Positions 51,822 through 64,000 of a DNA stretch of 64,000 bases are shown here, in pieces (position 1 is the first letter of the stretch; every line of letters begins with the position of its first letter). The notes below the pieces were generated by a model. That model was not told the DNA's origin. It worked only from the letters and a program-made list of their open reading frames with translations, and did not search any database. The DNA is taken from assembly GCA_003220265.1 (NCBI GenBank), contig QHRW01000118.1, positions 23,186 through 87,185 of the forward strand. Direction: 5' to 3'. Both the position numbers and the translations under genes were made by a program. Source of the stretch: Candidatus Rokuibacteriota bacterium (GTDB lineage: Bacteria; Methylomirabilota; Methylomirabilia; Rokubacteriales; CSP1-6).

Positions 51822-52205
51822 TCAGAACAGATCGACGGGCTTGAGCTGGTTGGCCGCCGCCCGCACCAGCGCCTCGCGCGGCTCGCCGCCGGTGGCGGGC
51901 GCCGCACCTCCGCCCTCGCGGACGTAGGCGAGCAGGTCTTCGATCTGTCGCTGCATGTCGGTCATTCGACGTCTCATCTTTAGGATGATCTCGACCCCGG
52001 CGAGATTCACGCCGAGATCACGTGTGAGACGGAGCAGCCGCGCGATATCTTCGACGTCCTCGGCGGAGTACATCCGCGTCTGGCCCTCGGTACGGCTCGG
52101 CCGCACCAGGCCCTTCTTTTCGTAGAAGCGCAGCGTCTGGGGATGCACCTTCAGCATCTCGGCCACGACGCCGATCATGTAGAGCGGTTTCGCTCGGTCG
52201 TTCAC
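51822..52205 (-). CDS. hspR: MerR-family heat-shock repressor HspR-like
   Basis: From GTG 52205: YMIGVVAEMLKVHPQTLRFYE, LGVNLAGV; directly after dnaJ. Confidence 0.85.
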   Translation of the reverse strand: MNDRAKPLYMIGVVAEMLKVHPQTLRFYEKKGLVRPSRTEGQTRMYSAEDVEDIARLLRLTRDLGVNLAGVEIILKMRRRMTDMQRQIEDLLAYVREGGGAAPATGGEPREALVRAAANQLKPVDLF

Positions 52206-53055
52206 GATGCTCCTCCCCGGAAGCGAGCGAGCTCGCCGCGTGACGGCCCCGGCAGGAGCCGCTCGAGCTCCCGCACCAGCTCGTCTGTCCGCGCGTCGAG
52301 CCCCGTCGGGATCGCGACCCGCACCGTCACGTACAGATCGCCCACCGTGCCGTCGGCCAGGCGTGGCAGGCCCTGGGCCCGCAGGCGGAAGACCTGGCCC
52401 GCGGCGGTCCCCGGCGGCACCACCAGCACCGCCTCGCCGAGCGGCGTCGGCACGCGAATGCGCGCGCCGCGGAGCGCTTCCCACACGCTGAGCACCACCT
52501 CGCAGTGCACGCCGTCACCCTGGCGGACGAAGAACGGGTGCTCCCGCACGCGCGTGCTCACGACCAGATCGCCGCGGGTGCCGCCGAATGGCCCCGCGCT
52601 GCCCTCCCCCGTCACGCGTACCTGGGTGCCGGAGTCCACGCCGGCCGGAAGATCGACCGTGACCGGCTCCACCGCGCGCCGCACCCCACGGCCCTGGCAG
52701 GCCGGACACGCGTGGCCCTCGCGCCGCCCGCTGGTGTCGCAGTCTCCGCACGGGGAGAAGCGCGGCACGCTGAGGGACAGCCGCGCGCCGCGCGCCACGT
52801 CGGCGAACTCGAGCTCCACGGTGACGTGCACGTCCTCGCCGCGGCGGCCGGCGCCGAGCGCCTCGGTGCCCATCGCCGGCCCGAACCGGTCGTAGAGCGT
52901 GCGGGCGTGCGGATCGCTGAGGACGCGGTAGGCCTCGGCGATCTCCTCGAACAGCGCCAGCGCGGTGTTGTCCCAGAAATTCACGTCGGGCGAGTACTGC
53001 CGCGCGAGCCGCCGGTAGGCCTGGCGGATCTCGCGCGGCGCCGCGGTCGCCGCTC
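52202..53055 (-). pseudogene. dnaJ: DnaJ/CbpA-like protein with SPD in place of HPD, J-domain start missing
   Basis: In-frame ATAAPREIRQAYRRLARQYSPDVN lies upstream of the first start codon (52984); two CxxC repeats; DnaJ C-terminal domain. Confidence 0.7.
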
Positions 53056-54975
<1,920 letters not shown>

Positions 54976-55044
54976 GTCCTTGCGTTCCTTTCTGAGGTTT
55001 CGAGCGCCGGCTTTGCCGGCGCAATCCTTGCCGCGGGGGAGGCA

Positions 55045-55090
55045 TCGGAGGGGGCCGTCGAGGCCCCCTCCGAGTGCTGGCCCCCTCCGA
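55045..55090 (+). repeat. G/C-run palindrome (REP-like) with partial duplication
   Basis: TCGGAGGGGGCC-GTCGA-GGCCCCCTCCGA 12-bp stem, plus a second GGCCCCCTCCGA at 55079-90. Confidence 0.6.
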
Positions 55091-55102
55091 AGTGACTAGT
55101 GA

Positions 55103-55570
55103 CTAGAGAATGTCGATCTTGATCTCGCGCGGCTTGAGCTCCTCCGCCTTGGGCAGCGTGATCTGCAGCACGCCGTCGCGGTAGCTCGCCTTCACCTTGT
55201 CGGCCTGCACCGCCATCGGCAGCTGCACCAGCCGCTCGAACTGGCCGTACACACGCTCCGTGTGCAGGTACTGGCGGTCCTTGGCCTCGTCGTTCCAGCG
55301 GCGCTCGCCCTTGATCGAGAGCAGGTCGCCGGTAATGGATACCGTCACGTCCTTCTCGCTCACGCCGGGCAGCTCGACGTTCAGCACCAGGTCATCCTTG
55401 GTCTCGTGCATGTCGACGGGCGGCAGCCACGCACGTCCGCTCGGCCCCGTCATGGGACGGCCGAGGAGCGTGTCGAACAGCCGGTTCACCTCGCCCTGGA
55501 TGTCGCTGACATTGCGGAACGGCTCCCAACGATCTGCGGCCCCGAACGGACGCCAACGCTCCATCGCCAT
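55103..55570 (-). CDS. Small heat-shock protein Hsp20
   Basis: From ATG 55570: PPVDMHET, ELPGV, ERVYGQFER, YRDGVLQITLPK. Confidence 0.95.
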   Translation of the reverse strand: MAMERWRPFGAADRWEPFRNVSDIQGEVNRLFDTLLGRPMTGPSGRAWLPPVDMHETKDDLVLNVELPGVSEKDVTVSITGDLLSIKGERRWNDEAKDRQYLHTERVYGQFERLVQLPMAVQADKVKASYRDGVLQITLPKAEELKPREIKIDIL

Positions 55571-55616
55571 AGTCGAACCCTCCTTGGGTCGGCCGGCCTC
55601 CTCGGCCCGGCCATAT

Positions 55617-55661
55617 CTTGAGTACACATGTCATATATCATCTGAGTCTATGTCTGTCAAA
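55617..55661 (-). promoter_or_regulatory. sigma70 promoter overlapped by HAIR-like (HspR) operator half-sites
   Basis: Minus strand: TTGACA-17 nt-TATATG. Plus strand: CTTGAGT(55617) and TCTGAGT-N7-TGTCAAA(55641-61), versus HAIR CTTGAGT-N7-ACTCAAG. Confidence 0.6.
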
Positions 55662-55722
55662 TACCTCCATGGAGATTTCCCAAGCCGGCCCACCAGGAGG
55701 CCCAGGTGATAGGGTGGCGGCC

Positions 55723-56320
55723 ATGAAGTCCGGGTGCTCGGGGTGCCTGGTGGCGGTCGTCTCGCTCGGGATCGTGGCTTTGGCGGTTGGGGGGGCGGTG
55801 GGAGCCGGGCTCCGGATGCTGGCCAAGCCTGAGGCCGCGACCCTGCCCGCGACGACGGCGGCCGACGGCACGCGCGCGCAGCAGAAGATCTTCGACCTGG
55901 CCCGCCACCGATCGTCTCAGCCGGTGATTCTGAGCGAAGCCGAGGTGAACGCCCTGCTCTCGCGCCACCTGGTGGAAGCCCGCGGCGTCCGGCTCAACAC
56001 GCTGGGCGTGCGGCTCCTTGGTGGCGATCGGCTCGAGCTGACCGGACAGACCCCGCTGCATCAGCTCTTCGAGGAGGCAGGCCTGCCGGTCGTGCTCGGG
56101 GTGCTGCCGTCGCGCTGGCGCGAGCGCCCGCTCTGGGTTCACGTCGGCGCCGTGGCGCGCGTCAGAGAGCTTCGCCGTCGGGCGTCAGCGGCTGCCGGCC
56201 CGGGCGCTGCGGCTGCTGCTCGATCCGGCGGCGCTCGGGCTGCTCCAGTGGCCGCTGCCCGAGCACGTCGAGCGCGTGAGCATCGAGCCCGGGCGCGTCG
56301 TCATCCGGGGCGCTTCGTAG
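55723..56320 (+). pseudogene. Membrane-anchored hypothetical protein, frameshifted near 56164
   Basis: MKSGCSGCL + TM in frame 1 up to ...ARV; the C-terminus ESFAVGRQRLP...VVIRGAS* is in another frame. Confidence 0.6.
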
Positions 56321-56696
56321 CGCTCACGTAGCGGAGCTGCAGGTCGTACAGCAGCTCGTCGAGCACCTGTGTCTCCTCGGCCGAGCGCCGGCCGTCGGTC
56401 TTCTCGCGCAGGAGCGCGAGGAGGTCGATGACCTCGGCCGCCATCGGCAGATCCCGCTGACCGCGCTGTCCGGTGGTCGGGTCGGCCTCGCCGAGCGCCA
56501 TCAACGCCGAGCCCCCGAGCATCATGAAGAGTCCCACCAGGCTGCGGCCGGGATCGCCGGGATCCGGAGGCGGCGACGGTGTCCGCGGAGGCGCCGCCGG
56601 CTCGGCGCGGGGCTGGGCAGCGCGGGGCGGCTCGTCGTCTCCGCGGCGGCGCCGGTCGGTCACCTTGAACGTCGCTTCGGGCTCTTCGGCCGCCAT
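56301..56696 (-). CDS. DUF1844 domain protein
   Basis: FKVTDRRR, ALMALG...DL..A..VIDLLALLREKT.G, LYDLQLRYV. Confidence 0.85.
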   Translation of the reverse strand: MAAEEPEATFKVTDRRRRGDDEPPRAAQPRAEPAAPPRTPSPPPDPGDPGRSLVGLFMMLGGSALMALGEADPTTGQRGQRDLPMAAEVIDLLALLREKTDGRRSAEETQVLDELLYDLQLRYVSATKRPG

Positions 56697-56762
56697 ACGC
56701 CCCGGAGCCTAGCACACGCGCAAACCCCTGCTGTATAATCACTCGACCGCCAGGAACGCACA

Positions 56763-57518
56763 ATGCGCCGCCTGCGCGGGGCGGCCGGCTGTCCCTGGGA
56801 TCGCGAGCAGACACGGACCTCGCTCAAGCCCTACCTCATCGAGGAGACGTACGAGGTGCTGGAGGCGATCGAGTCCGGGCGCGCGGAAGCGCTGCGCGAG
56901 GAGCTGGGCGACCTCCTCTTCCAGGTCGTCTTTCACGCCGAGATCGCCGCCGAGCGCGGCGAGTTCACCATGGCGGATCTGCTGGGCCATCTCGTCGACA
57001 AGATGGTGAGCCGCCATCCGCACGTCTTCGCCGACGCCAGCGTGCAGACCCCGGGACAAGCGCTCGCCCAGTGGGAGACGATCAAGCAGCGCGAAGCGGA
57101 AGCGCGCGGGCGGCGGCGCTCGATCATCGATGGCGTGCCGCGCGCGCTGCCGGCGCTGGTGCGGGCACAGCGCATCCAGAGCAAGGCCGCCCGCGTGAAG
57201 TTCGACTGGCCCGACGCCGGCGCCGCCTGGGGCAAGGTCGAGGAGGAGCTGCGCGAAGCCGGCGATGCGCTGGCCGGCGGCGATCGCGGGCGCTTCGCCG
57301 ACGAGCTCGGTGACGTGCTGTTCTCGCTCGTCAACGTGGCCCGGCTGTCCTCGCTCGACGCCGAGGACGTGCTGCAGGGGGCCATCGAAAAATTCCGGCG
57401 TCGCTTCACCACCATGGAGGACGAACTGAGCGCCAGCGGCAAGTCGGTCGCCAGCGTGTCGCCCGAAGAGCTCGAGCGATCCTGGGACGCCGCCAAGGCG
57501 CAGGAGCGGTCGCGATGA
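56763..57518 (+). CDS. mazG: Nucleoside triphosphate pyrophosphohydrolase
   Basis: GCPWDREQT, EETYEVLEAI, EELGDLL, RHPHVF, KVEEE, ELGDVLF. Confidence 0.93.
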   Translation: MRRLRGAAGCPWDREQTRTSLKPYLIEETYEVLEAIESGRAEALREELGDLLFQVVFHAEIAAERGEFTMADLLGHLVDKMVSRHPHVFADASVQTPGQALAQWETIKQREAEARGRRRSIIDGVPRALPALVRAQRIQSKAARVKFDWPDAGAAWGKVEEELREAGDALAGGDRGRFADELGDVLFSLVNVARLSSLDAEDVLQGAIEKFRRRFTTMEDELSASGKSVASVSPEELERSWDAAKAQERSR

Positions 57519-58051
57519 GAGCCAAGGTCGGAGCCGCCTCGGTTGCCGTCGAGCGCGGGGACATCACGGACTGGGACGTGGACGCCATCGTCAACGCCGC
57601 CAACTCGACGCTGACGATGGGCGCCGGCGTGGCCGCCGCCATCAAGCGGAAGGGCGGCGTGCTGATCGAGGAAGAAGCGACGCGTCAGGGCCCGATCGAG
57701 GTGGGCGAGGCGGTGCTCACGCCGGGCGGCAACCTCGCCGCCACCCACGTCATCCACGCCGTCGCCATGGGGCCGGACCTCAAGACCGACCCCGACACCA
57801 TCGCCCGCACGACACGGGCCGTCCTGGCCCTGGCCGACAAGCACCGGCTGACCTCGATCGCCCTGCCCGCGCTCGGCACCGGGGTCGGCCACGTGGCCCC
57901 ACCAGCGGCCGCGGAGGCCATGCTGACGGTGGTGGTGACCCATCTCAAGTCCGCGAAAACAACGCTGAAAAGGGTCGTGTTCGTGCTGTACCAGGACGAG
58001 GCGCTGCGCGCCTTTACCGATACGTTGAAGCGGCTCGCTGCGATACAGTAA
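57515..58051 (+). CDS. Macro domain (ADP-ribose binding/hydrolase) protein
   Basis: GDIT, AIVNAAN, GAGVAAAI, SIALPALGTG. Confidence 0.9.
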   Translation: MRAKVGAASVAVERGDITDWDVDAIVNAANSTLTMGAGVAAAIKRKGGVLIEEEATRQGPIEVGEAVLTPGGNLAATHVIHAVAMGPDLKTDPDTIARTTRAVLALADKHRLTSIALPALGTGVGHVAPPAAAEAMLTVVVTHLKSAKTTLKRVVFVLYQDEALRAFTDTLKRLAAIQ

Positions 58052-58060
58052 TAGTTCGCG

Positions 58061-59732
58061 ATGGCCCAGGTAAAACTCGGGCAGCAAATGGTGCGCCGGC
58101 TCGGCGACCTCCTCGTCGCCGAGGGCCTCATCACCGACGCCCAGCTGCGGCAGGCCCTGTCCGACCAGAAGGGCAAGACCGACAAGCTGGGGACCATCCT
58201 GGTCGGCCTCGGCTTCATCACCGAAGAGCAGCTGATCGGCTTCCTGTCGCGGCAGTACGGCATCCCGTCGATCACGCTCGGCAACCTGGAGATCGACGCC
58301 GAGACCCTGCGGCTGGTGCCGGCCCACATCGCCAAGAAGTACGAGGTGATGCCGGTCAAGCGCATCGGCGGCACGCTGACGCTGGCCATGGCCGATCCGA
58401 CCAACGTCTTCGCCCTCGACGACGTCGCCTTCATGACCAACCTCCAGATCCTGCCCGTGGTGGCGCCGCAGGCGGCCAGTCATCGGCGACCCCAGCGGCG
58501 TGGAAGTGGTCGGCGAGGAGGCGGCGTCGCCGCAGGTCGACGTCTTCGAGCTCAAGGAGTCGGCCGACGAGGCGCCGGTCGTCAAGCTGGTCAACATGGT
58601 GCTGGCCGACGCGATCCGCAAGGGCTCCTCCGACCTGCACTGGGAGCCGTACGAGAAGACGTTTCGTATCCGGTTCCGCATCGACGGCGTGCTGCACGAG
58701 ATGCTGTCGCCGCCCAAGCGGCTGGAGCCGGCCATCATCTCCCGGCTCAAGATCATGTCGAGCCTCGACATCTCGGAGCGCCGGCTGCCGCAGGACGGGC
58801 GCATCAAGCTGCGCTTCGGCCAGCGCGAGATCGACTTCCGGGTGTCGATCCTGCCCACGATCTTCGGCGAGAAGGCCGTGCTCCGGATCCTCGACAAGGA
58901 CTCGCTGCAGCTCGACCTCACCAAGCTCGGCTTCGACTCGTGGAGCTACGACAAGTTCAACACGGCCATCCATCAGCCTTACGGCATGGTGCTGATCACC
59001 GGCCCCACGGGATCCGGCAAGACGACCACGCTCTACTCGGCCATCTCCACGATCAACGCGCCCGAGCACAACATCATGACGGCGGAGGATCCGGTCGAGT
59101 ACAACCTCAAGGGCGTCAACCAGGTCCAGGTCAGCGAGGGCATCGGTCGCACGTTCGCCGCCGTCCTCCGCTCCTTCCTGCGGCAGGACCCCGACGTGAT
59201 CCTCGTCGGCGAGACGCGCGATCTGGAGACCGCCCAGATCTCCATTCGCGCCGCACTCACCGGCCACCTGGTCTTCACCACGCTCCACACCAACGACTGC
59301 CCGTCGACGGTGGCCCGGCTCGTCGACATGGGCGTGCAGACGTTCCTGCTGTCCTCGGCGCTGCTGCTGATCCTGGCGCAACGGCTCGGCCGCAGGATCT
59401 GCAAGGATTGCCGGGCGCCGATCCAGGGGCACGAGGACGACCTGGTGCCGTACGGCCACGTGCCGGAGGGGCGCGGAAAAGTCACCTTCTTCAAGGGCAA
59501 GGGCTGCCAGACTTGTAACTTCACCGGCATGAAGGGTCGGGTGGCCATCTACGAGGTGATGGCGGTCACCGAGGAGCTGCGCAACGTGATCCTCAAGGGC
59601 GGCACCACGGCTGAGATCCGCGAGATGGCGCAGAGCCAGGGCATGAAGACGCTGCGGCAGGCGGGCCTCATCAAGGTGCTGGAGGGAACCACGACGGTCG
59701 AGGAAGTGCTGCGCGTCACGCTGGCCACGTAG
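58061..59732 (+). pseudogene. pilB: Type IV pilus assembly ATPase, frameshifted by a deletion near 58478
   Basis: N-terminal GSPII_N domain (RLGDLL, LAMADP) in one frame; SDLHWEP, RLPQDGR, GPTGSGKTT, LRQDPD, TLHTN in the next frame. Confidence 0.9.
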
Positions 59733-59742
59733 GAGGGGATGA

Positions 59743-60957
59743 ATGGCGGTCTTCGCGTACAGGGGACGCTCGGGGGCCTCGGCGGTCAACGGCGAGATCG
59801 AGGCGGACAACCGCCCGGCCGCGGTGGCGCTGCTGCGTGCCAAGGGCGTGGTCGCCACCCAGGTCGAGGAGAAGAAGGCCAAGGCGGCCGCCGCCGCCGC
59901 TGCCGCCGCCAAGCTCGGCGGCTCGGTCAAGGCCAAGGATCTCGCGATCTATACGCGCCAGTTCTCCACGATGGTCGACGCCGGCCTGCCGATCGCCCAG
60001 TGCCTGCAGATCCTGTCCGAGCAGAGCGAGTCGAAGGTCCTGCGCGACGTGACCGCCAAGATTGCCGCCGACGTGCAGGGCGGCGGCACGCTGGCCGAGT
60101 CGTTCGGCAAGTACCCCAAGACCTTCGACAACCTGTTCGTCAACATGCTGGCCGTCGGTGAGTCGGGCGGCGTCCTCGACGTATGTCTGCAGCGGCTGTC
60201 GACCTACATCGAGAAGGCCGCCAAGCTCAAGGGCCAGGTCAAGAGCGCGATGGTGTACCCGATCACCATCATCAGCGTGGCGTGCCTCGTCATCATCTTC
60301 ATGATGGTCTTCGTGCTGCCGACGTTCGCGAACATGTTCAAGAACATGGGCGCCGACCTGCCGCTGCCGACGAAGATCGTCATCTGGATGTCGGACATGA
60401 CGCGCAAGTACATCATCGTCATCATCATCGGCGTCGCGGCCGGCATCTACGCGCTCAAGCGCTACTACAACACCGACAACGGCAGCATGGTGATCGACAC
60501 GTTCATGCTGAAGGTGCCCGTGGTCGGCATGCTGATCCGCAAGATCGCCGTCGCCCGCTTCACCCGCACGCTCGGCACGCTCATCGCGTCGGGCGTGCCC
60601 ATCCTCGAAGGGCTGCTCATCACCGCGCGCGCCGCAGGGAACCGGGTGGTGGAGAAGTCCGTGATGGCCGCCCGCACCCACGTCACGGCGGGCGGCACGC
60701 TGGCCGAGCCGCTCAAGACGACACCGGTGTTCCCCGCCATGGTCGTGCACATGATCTCGGTCGGCGAGAACACGGGCGCGCTCGACGCCATGCTGAACAA
60801 GATCGCCGATTTCTACGACGACGAGGTCGACGCCGCGGTGGCCGCTCTCACCTCGCTGCTGGAACCGATGATGATCGTGTTCCTCGGCATCTCGGTGGGT
60901 GGCATCGTCATCGCGATGTACCTGCCCATCTTCAAGATGGTCACGCTCATCAAGTAG
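59743..60957 (+). CDS. pilC: Type IV pilus inner-membrane platform protein
   Basis: RQFSTMVDAG, GESGG, SAMVYP, RFTRTLGTL, GENTG, EPMMI. Confidence 0.95.
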   Translation: MAVFAYRGRSGASAVNGEIEADNRPAAVALLRAKGVVATQVEEKKAKAAAAAAAAAKLGGSVKAKDLAIYTRQFSTMVDAGLPIAQCLQILSEQSESKVLRDVTAKIAADVQGGGTLAESFGKYPKTFDNLFVNMLAVGESGGVLDVCLQRLSTYIEKAAKLKGQVKSAMVYPITIISVACLVIIFMMVFVLPTFANMFKNMGADLPLPTKIVIWMSDMTRKYIIVIIIGVAAGIYALKRYYNTDNGSMVIDTFMLKVPVVGMLIRKIAVARFTRTLGTLIASGVPILEGLLITARAAGNRVVEKSVMAARTHVTAGGTLAEPLKTTPVFPAMVVHMISVGENTGALDAMLNKIADFYDDEVDAAVAALTSLLEPMMIVFLGISVGGIVIAMYLPIFKMVTLIK

Positions 60958-60981
60958 CGGGCGGGCCAGCCGCCGCGCGCC

Positions 60982-62584
60982 ATGAAGCTCGGGGATTCCA
61001 ACAGGCTGCTGCGCGGCTTCGGCTTCGCGCGTCTCGGCGTGGCCGCGCTCCTGCTGGGGCTGGGCCCGCTGCTGCCCCAGGAGCTGATCCCCGGTGCCAA
61101 CCGCAGCATCCTGGCGCTCGCGCTGCTGACGGTCGTCGTCACCTCCGGCGTGCTCATCGCCTTCACGCCGGTCATTCGGCCGCTGCGCGTCGCCTGGCTC
61201 GTCTGCCTGCTCGACACCGCGCTCGTCACCTCGGTGGTGGCGGCCACCGGCGGCGCCCGCTCGATCTTCGCGTTCCTCTACGTGCTCTCGGTGACCGCGG
61301 CCTGCGTGCTGCTCTCGCGCACGGGCGGCCTCACCATCGCCGCCGCCGGCAGCGTGTTCTACACCGCCCTCGTGTTCGGGCGCACGGTGTTCCCCCTGAC
61401 GGTCCTGGAGGCGCCCAAGGAGACGACCGCGCTCGAGATCATCACGATCTTCCTCAACGCCGGCACCTTCCTCATCGTGGCCATCGTGGCCGGCGGCCTC
61501 GCCGAGCGCTTTCGCTCCACGCGCGAGGAGCTGGAGACCAAGCAGACCAACCTCGAGGACCTGGAGGCGTTCACGGATCTCGTCTTCGACTCGGTCGGCA
61601 CCGGCCTCATCGCCGTGGACGGTGAGCATCGCGTGACGGCGCTGAACCGCGCGGCCGCGCGCATCACGGGCGTCGCCACGCCGCAGGCGCTCGGCCAGCC
61701 GTGGGACGTCTTCGGCGCCGGCGTCTCGCTGGCGGCGATCGAGCCGGAGATCGAGACCCCCGACCCGCGGCCCGTGTGGCGCGAGGTCACGCTGCACCGG
61801 CCCGGCGGCGACGACGTGCCGGTGCGCATGACGTTCTCCGCCCTGCGCGCGGGCGACGGCCGGCGCATCGGGCTCATCGCGGCGTGCGAGGACCTGTCGG
61901 CCATCCGTGCGATGGAGGCGCGCATGCGCGCGGCCGACCGGCTGGCCAGCCTCGGGCGCATGGCGGCCAACATCGCCCACGAGATCCGCAACCCGCTGGC
62001 CTCGCTGTCGGGCGCCGTCGAGGTGCTGGCCGCGGGGGCGCCCGGCGAGACGCGCGAGCGGCTCGGCCACATCGTGGTGAAGGAGACCGAGCGGCTCAAC
62101 AACATCATCCGGGAGTTCCTGGAGTACGCGCGCCCGGCGCCGCTGAGCTGCGCCACCGTCAACGTCGCCGAGATCGTCGACGAGGTGCTGGTGCTCCTCG
62201 AGCACCGGGCCGAGCCCGGCACCCTCAAGGTCGTGCGGGAGTTCGCCGCGTTGCTGCCGTGGAGCGTCGACCGCCAGCAGTTCCGCCAGGCCGTCTGGAA
62301 CCTCGGCGTGAACGCGCTGCAGGCGATGGTCGAGGGCGGCGAGCTGCGCGTGTCGATGTCGGTGACTCGGAGCCGCCTGCTGGTGCGCGTGGCCGATACC
62401 GGCGAGGGCATCCCGGCCGCCGACCTCGGCCACATCTTCGAGCCGTTCTTCTCCACCAAGCCCGACGGCACCGGTCTCGGCCTCGCGCTCGTGCACCGCA
62501 TCGTGCAGGACCACGGGGGCGAGATCGACGTGCAGAGCCGCCCCGGCCTGGGTAGCGCCTTCACCCTCACGCTGCCGACCGCGC

Positions 62585-62592
<8 letters not shown>
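60982..62592 (+). CDS. pilS: Multi-TM PAS sensor kinase, PilS-like
   Basis: TGGARSIFAFLY TM block, PAS, IAHEIRNPL, FFSTK, GTGLGL; pilC-pilS-pilR order. Confidence 0.85.
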
Positions 62593-63973
<1,381 letters not shown>

Positions 63974-64000
63974 GGCCCGCGCGCCGGTGACGAATCCTGT

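Overview
High-GC bacterial chromosomal window. The taxon is plausibly Candidatus Rokubacteria/Methylomirabilota, inferred from GC content, gene style and G/C-run intergenic palindromes, and not verified. Most of the window is housekeeping and catabolic genes: Pil-Chp end genes, pyrE, a NitT/TauT ABC operon with an embedded Tat-type carbonic anhydrase, yicC-remA-gmk-rpoZ-coaBC-udg-priA-def-fmt-rsmB-rpe, ffh-rpsP-rimM-trmD-rplS-rnhB, a phzF/cysK-like/CoA-transferase/LLM cluster, a Liv-type ABC operon, comM, an hsp20-dnaK-dnaJ-hspR-lon operon, mazG, a macrodomain gene and pilB-pilC-pilS-pilR. Two loci stand out. (1) At 39.8-46.5 kb, an ORF-track-missed 45-aa secreted-peptide gene follows a sigma54 promoter and an NtrC-type palindrome. 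It leads an operon of an orphan family-5 peptide-binding protein, a Cache/HAMP/PAS kinase and a hybrid kinase, next to an NtrC-family activator. This is a candidate peptide autoinduction circuit. (2) At 26.6-32.9 kb, a lower-GC island of short decayed cassette-like ORFs carries attC sites and no integrase. An IS110/IS1111-type element sits in an attC core, and its non-coding end contains short matches to its own target and circle junction, as expected of a bridge/seek RNA. Several genes (pilB, dnaJ, a membrane protein, an ATPase) show frame-breaking deletions that could be real or assembly artefacts. No rRNA, tRNA or CRISPR array was seen.
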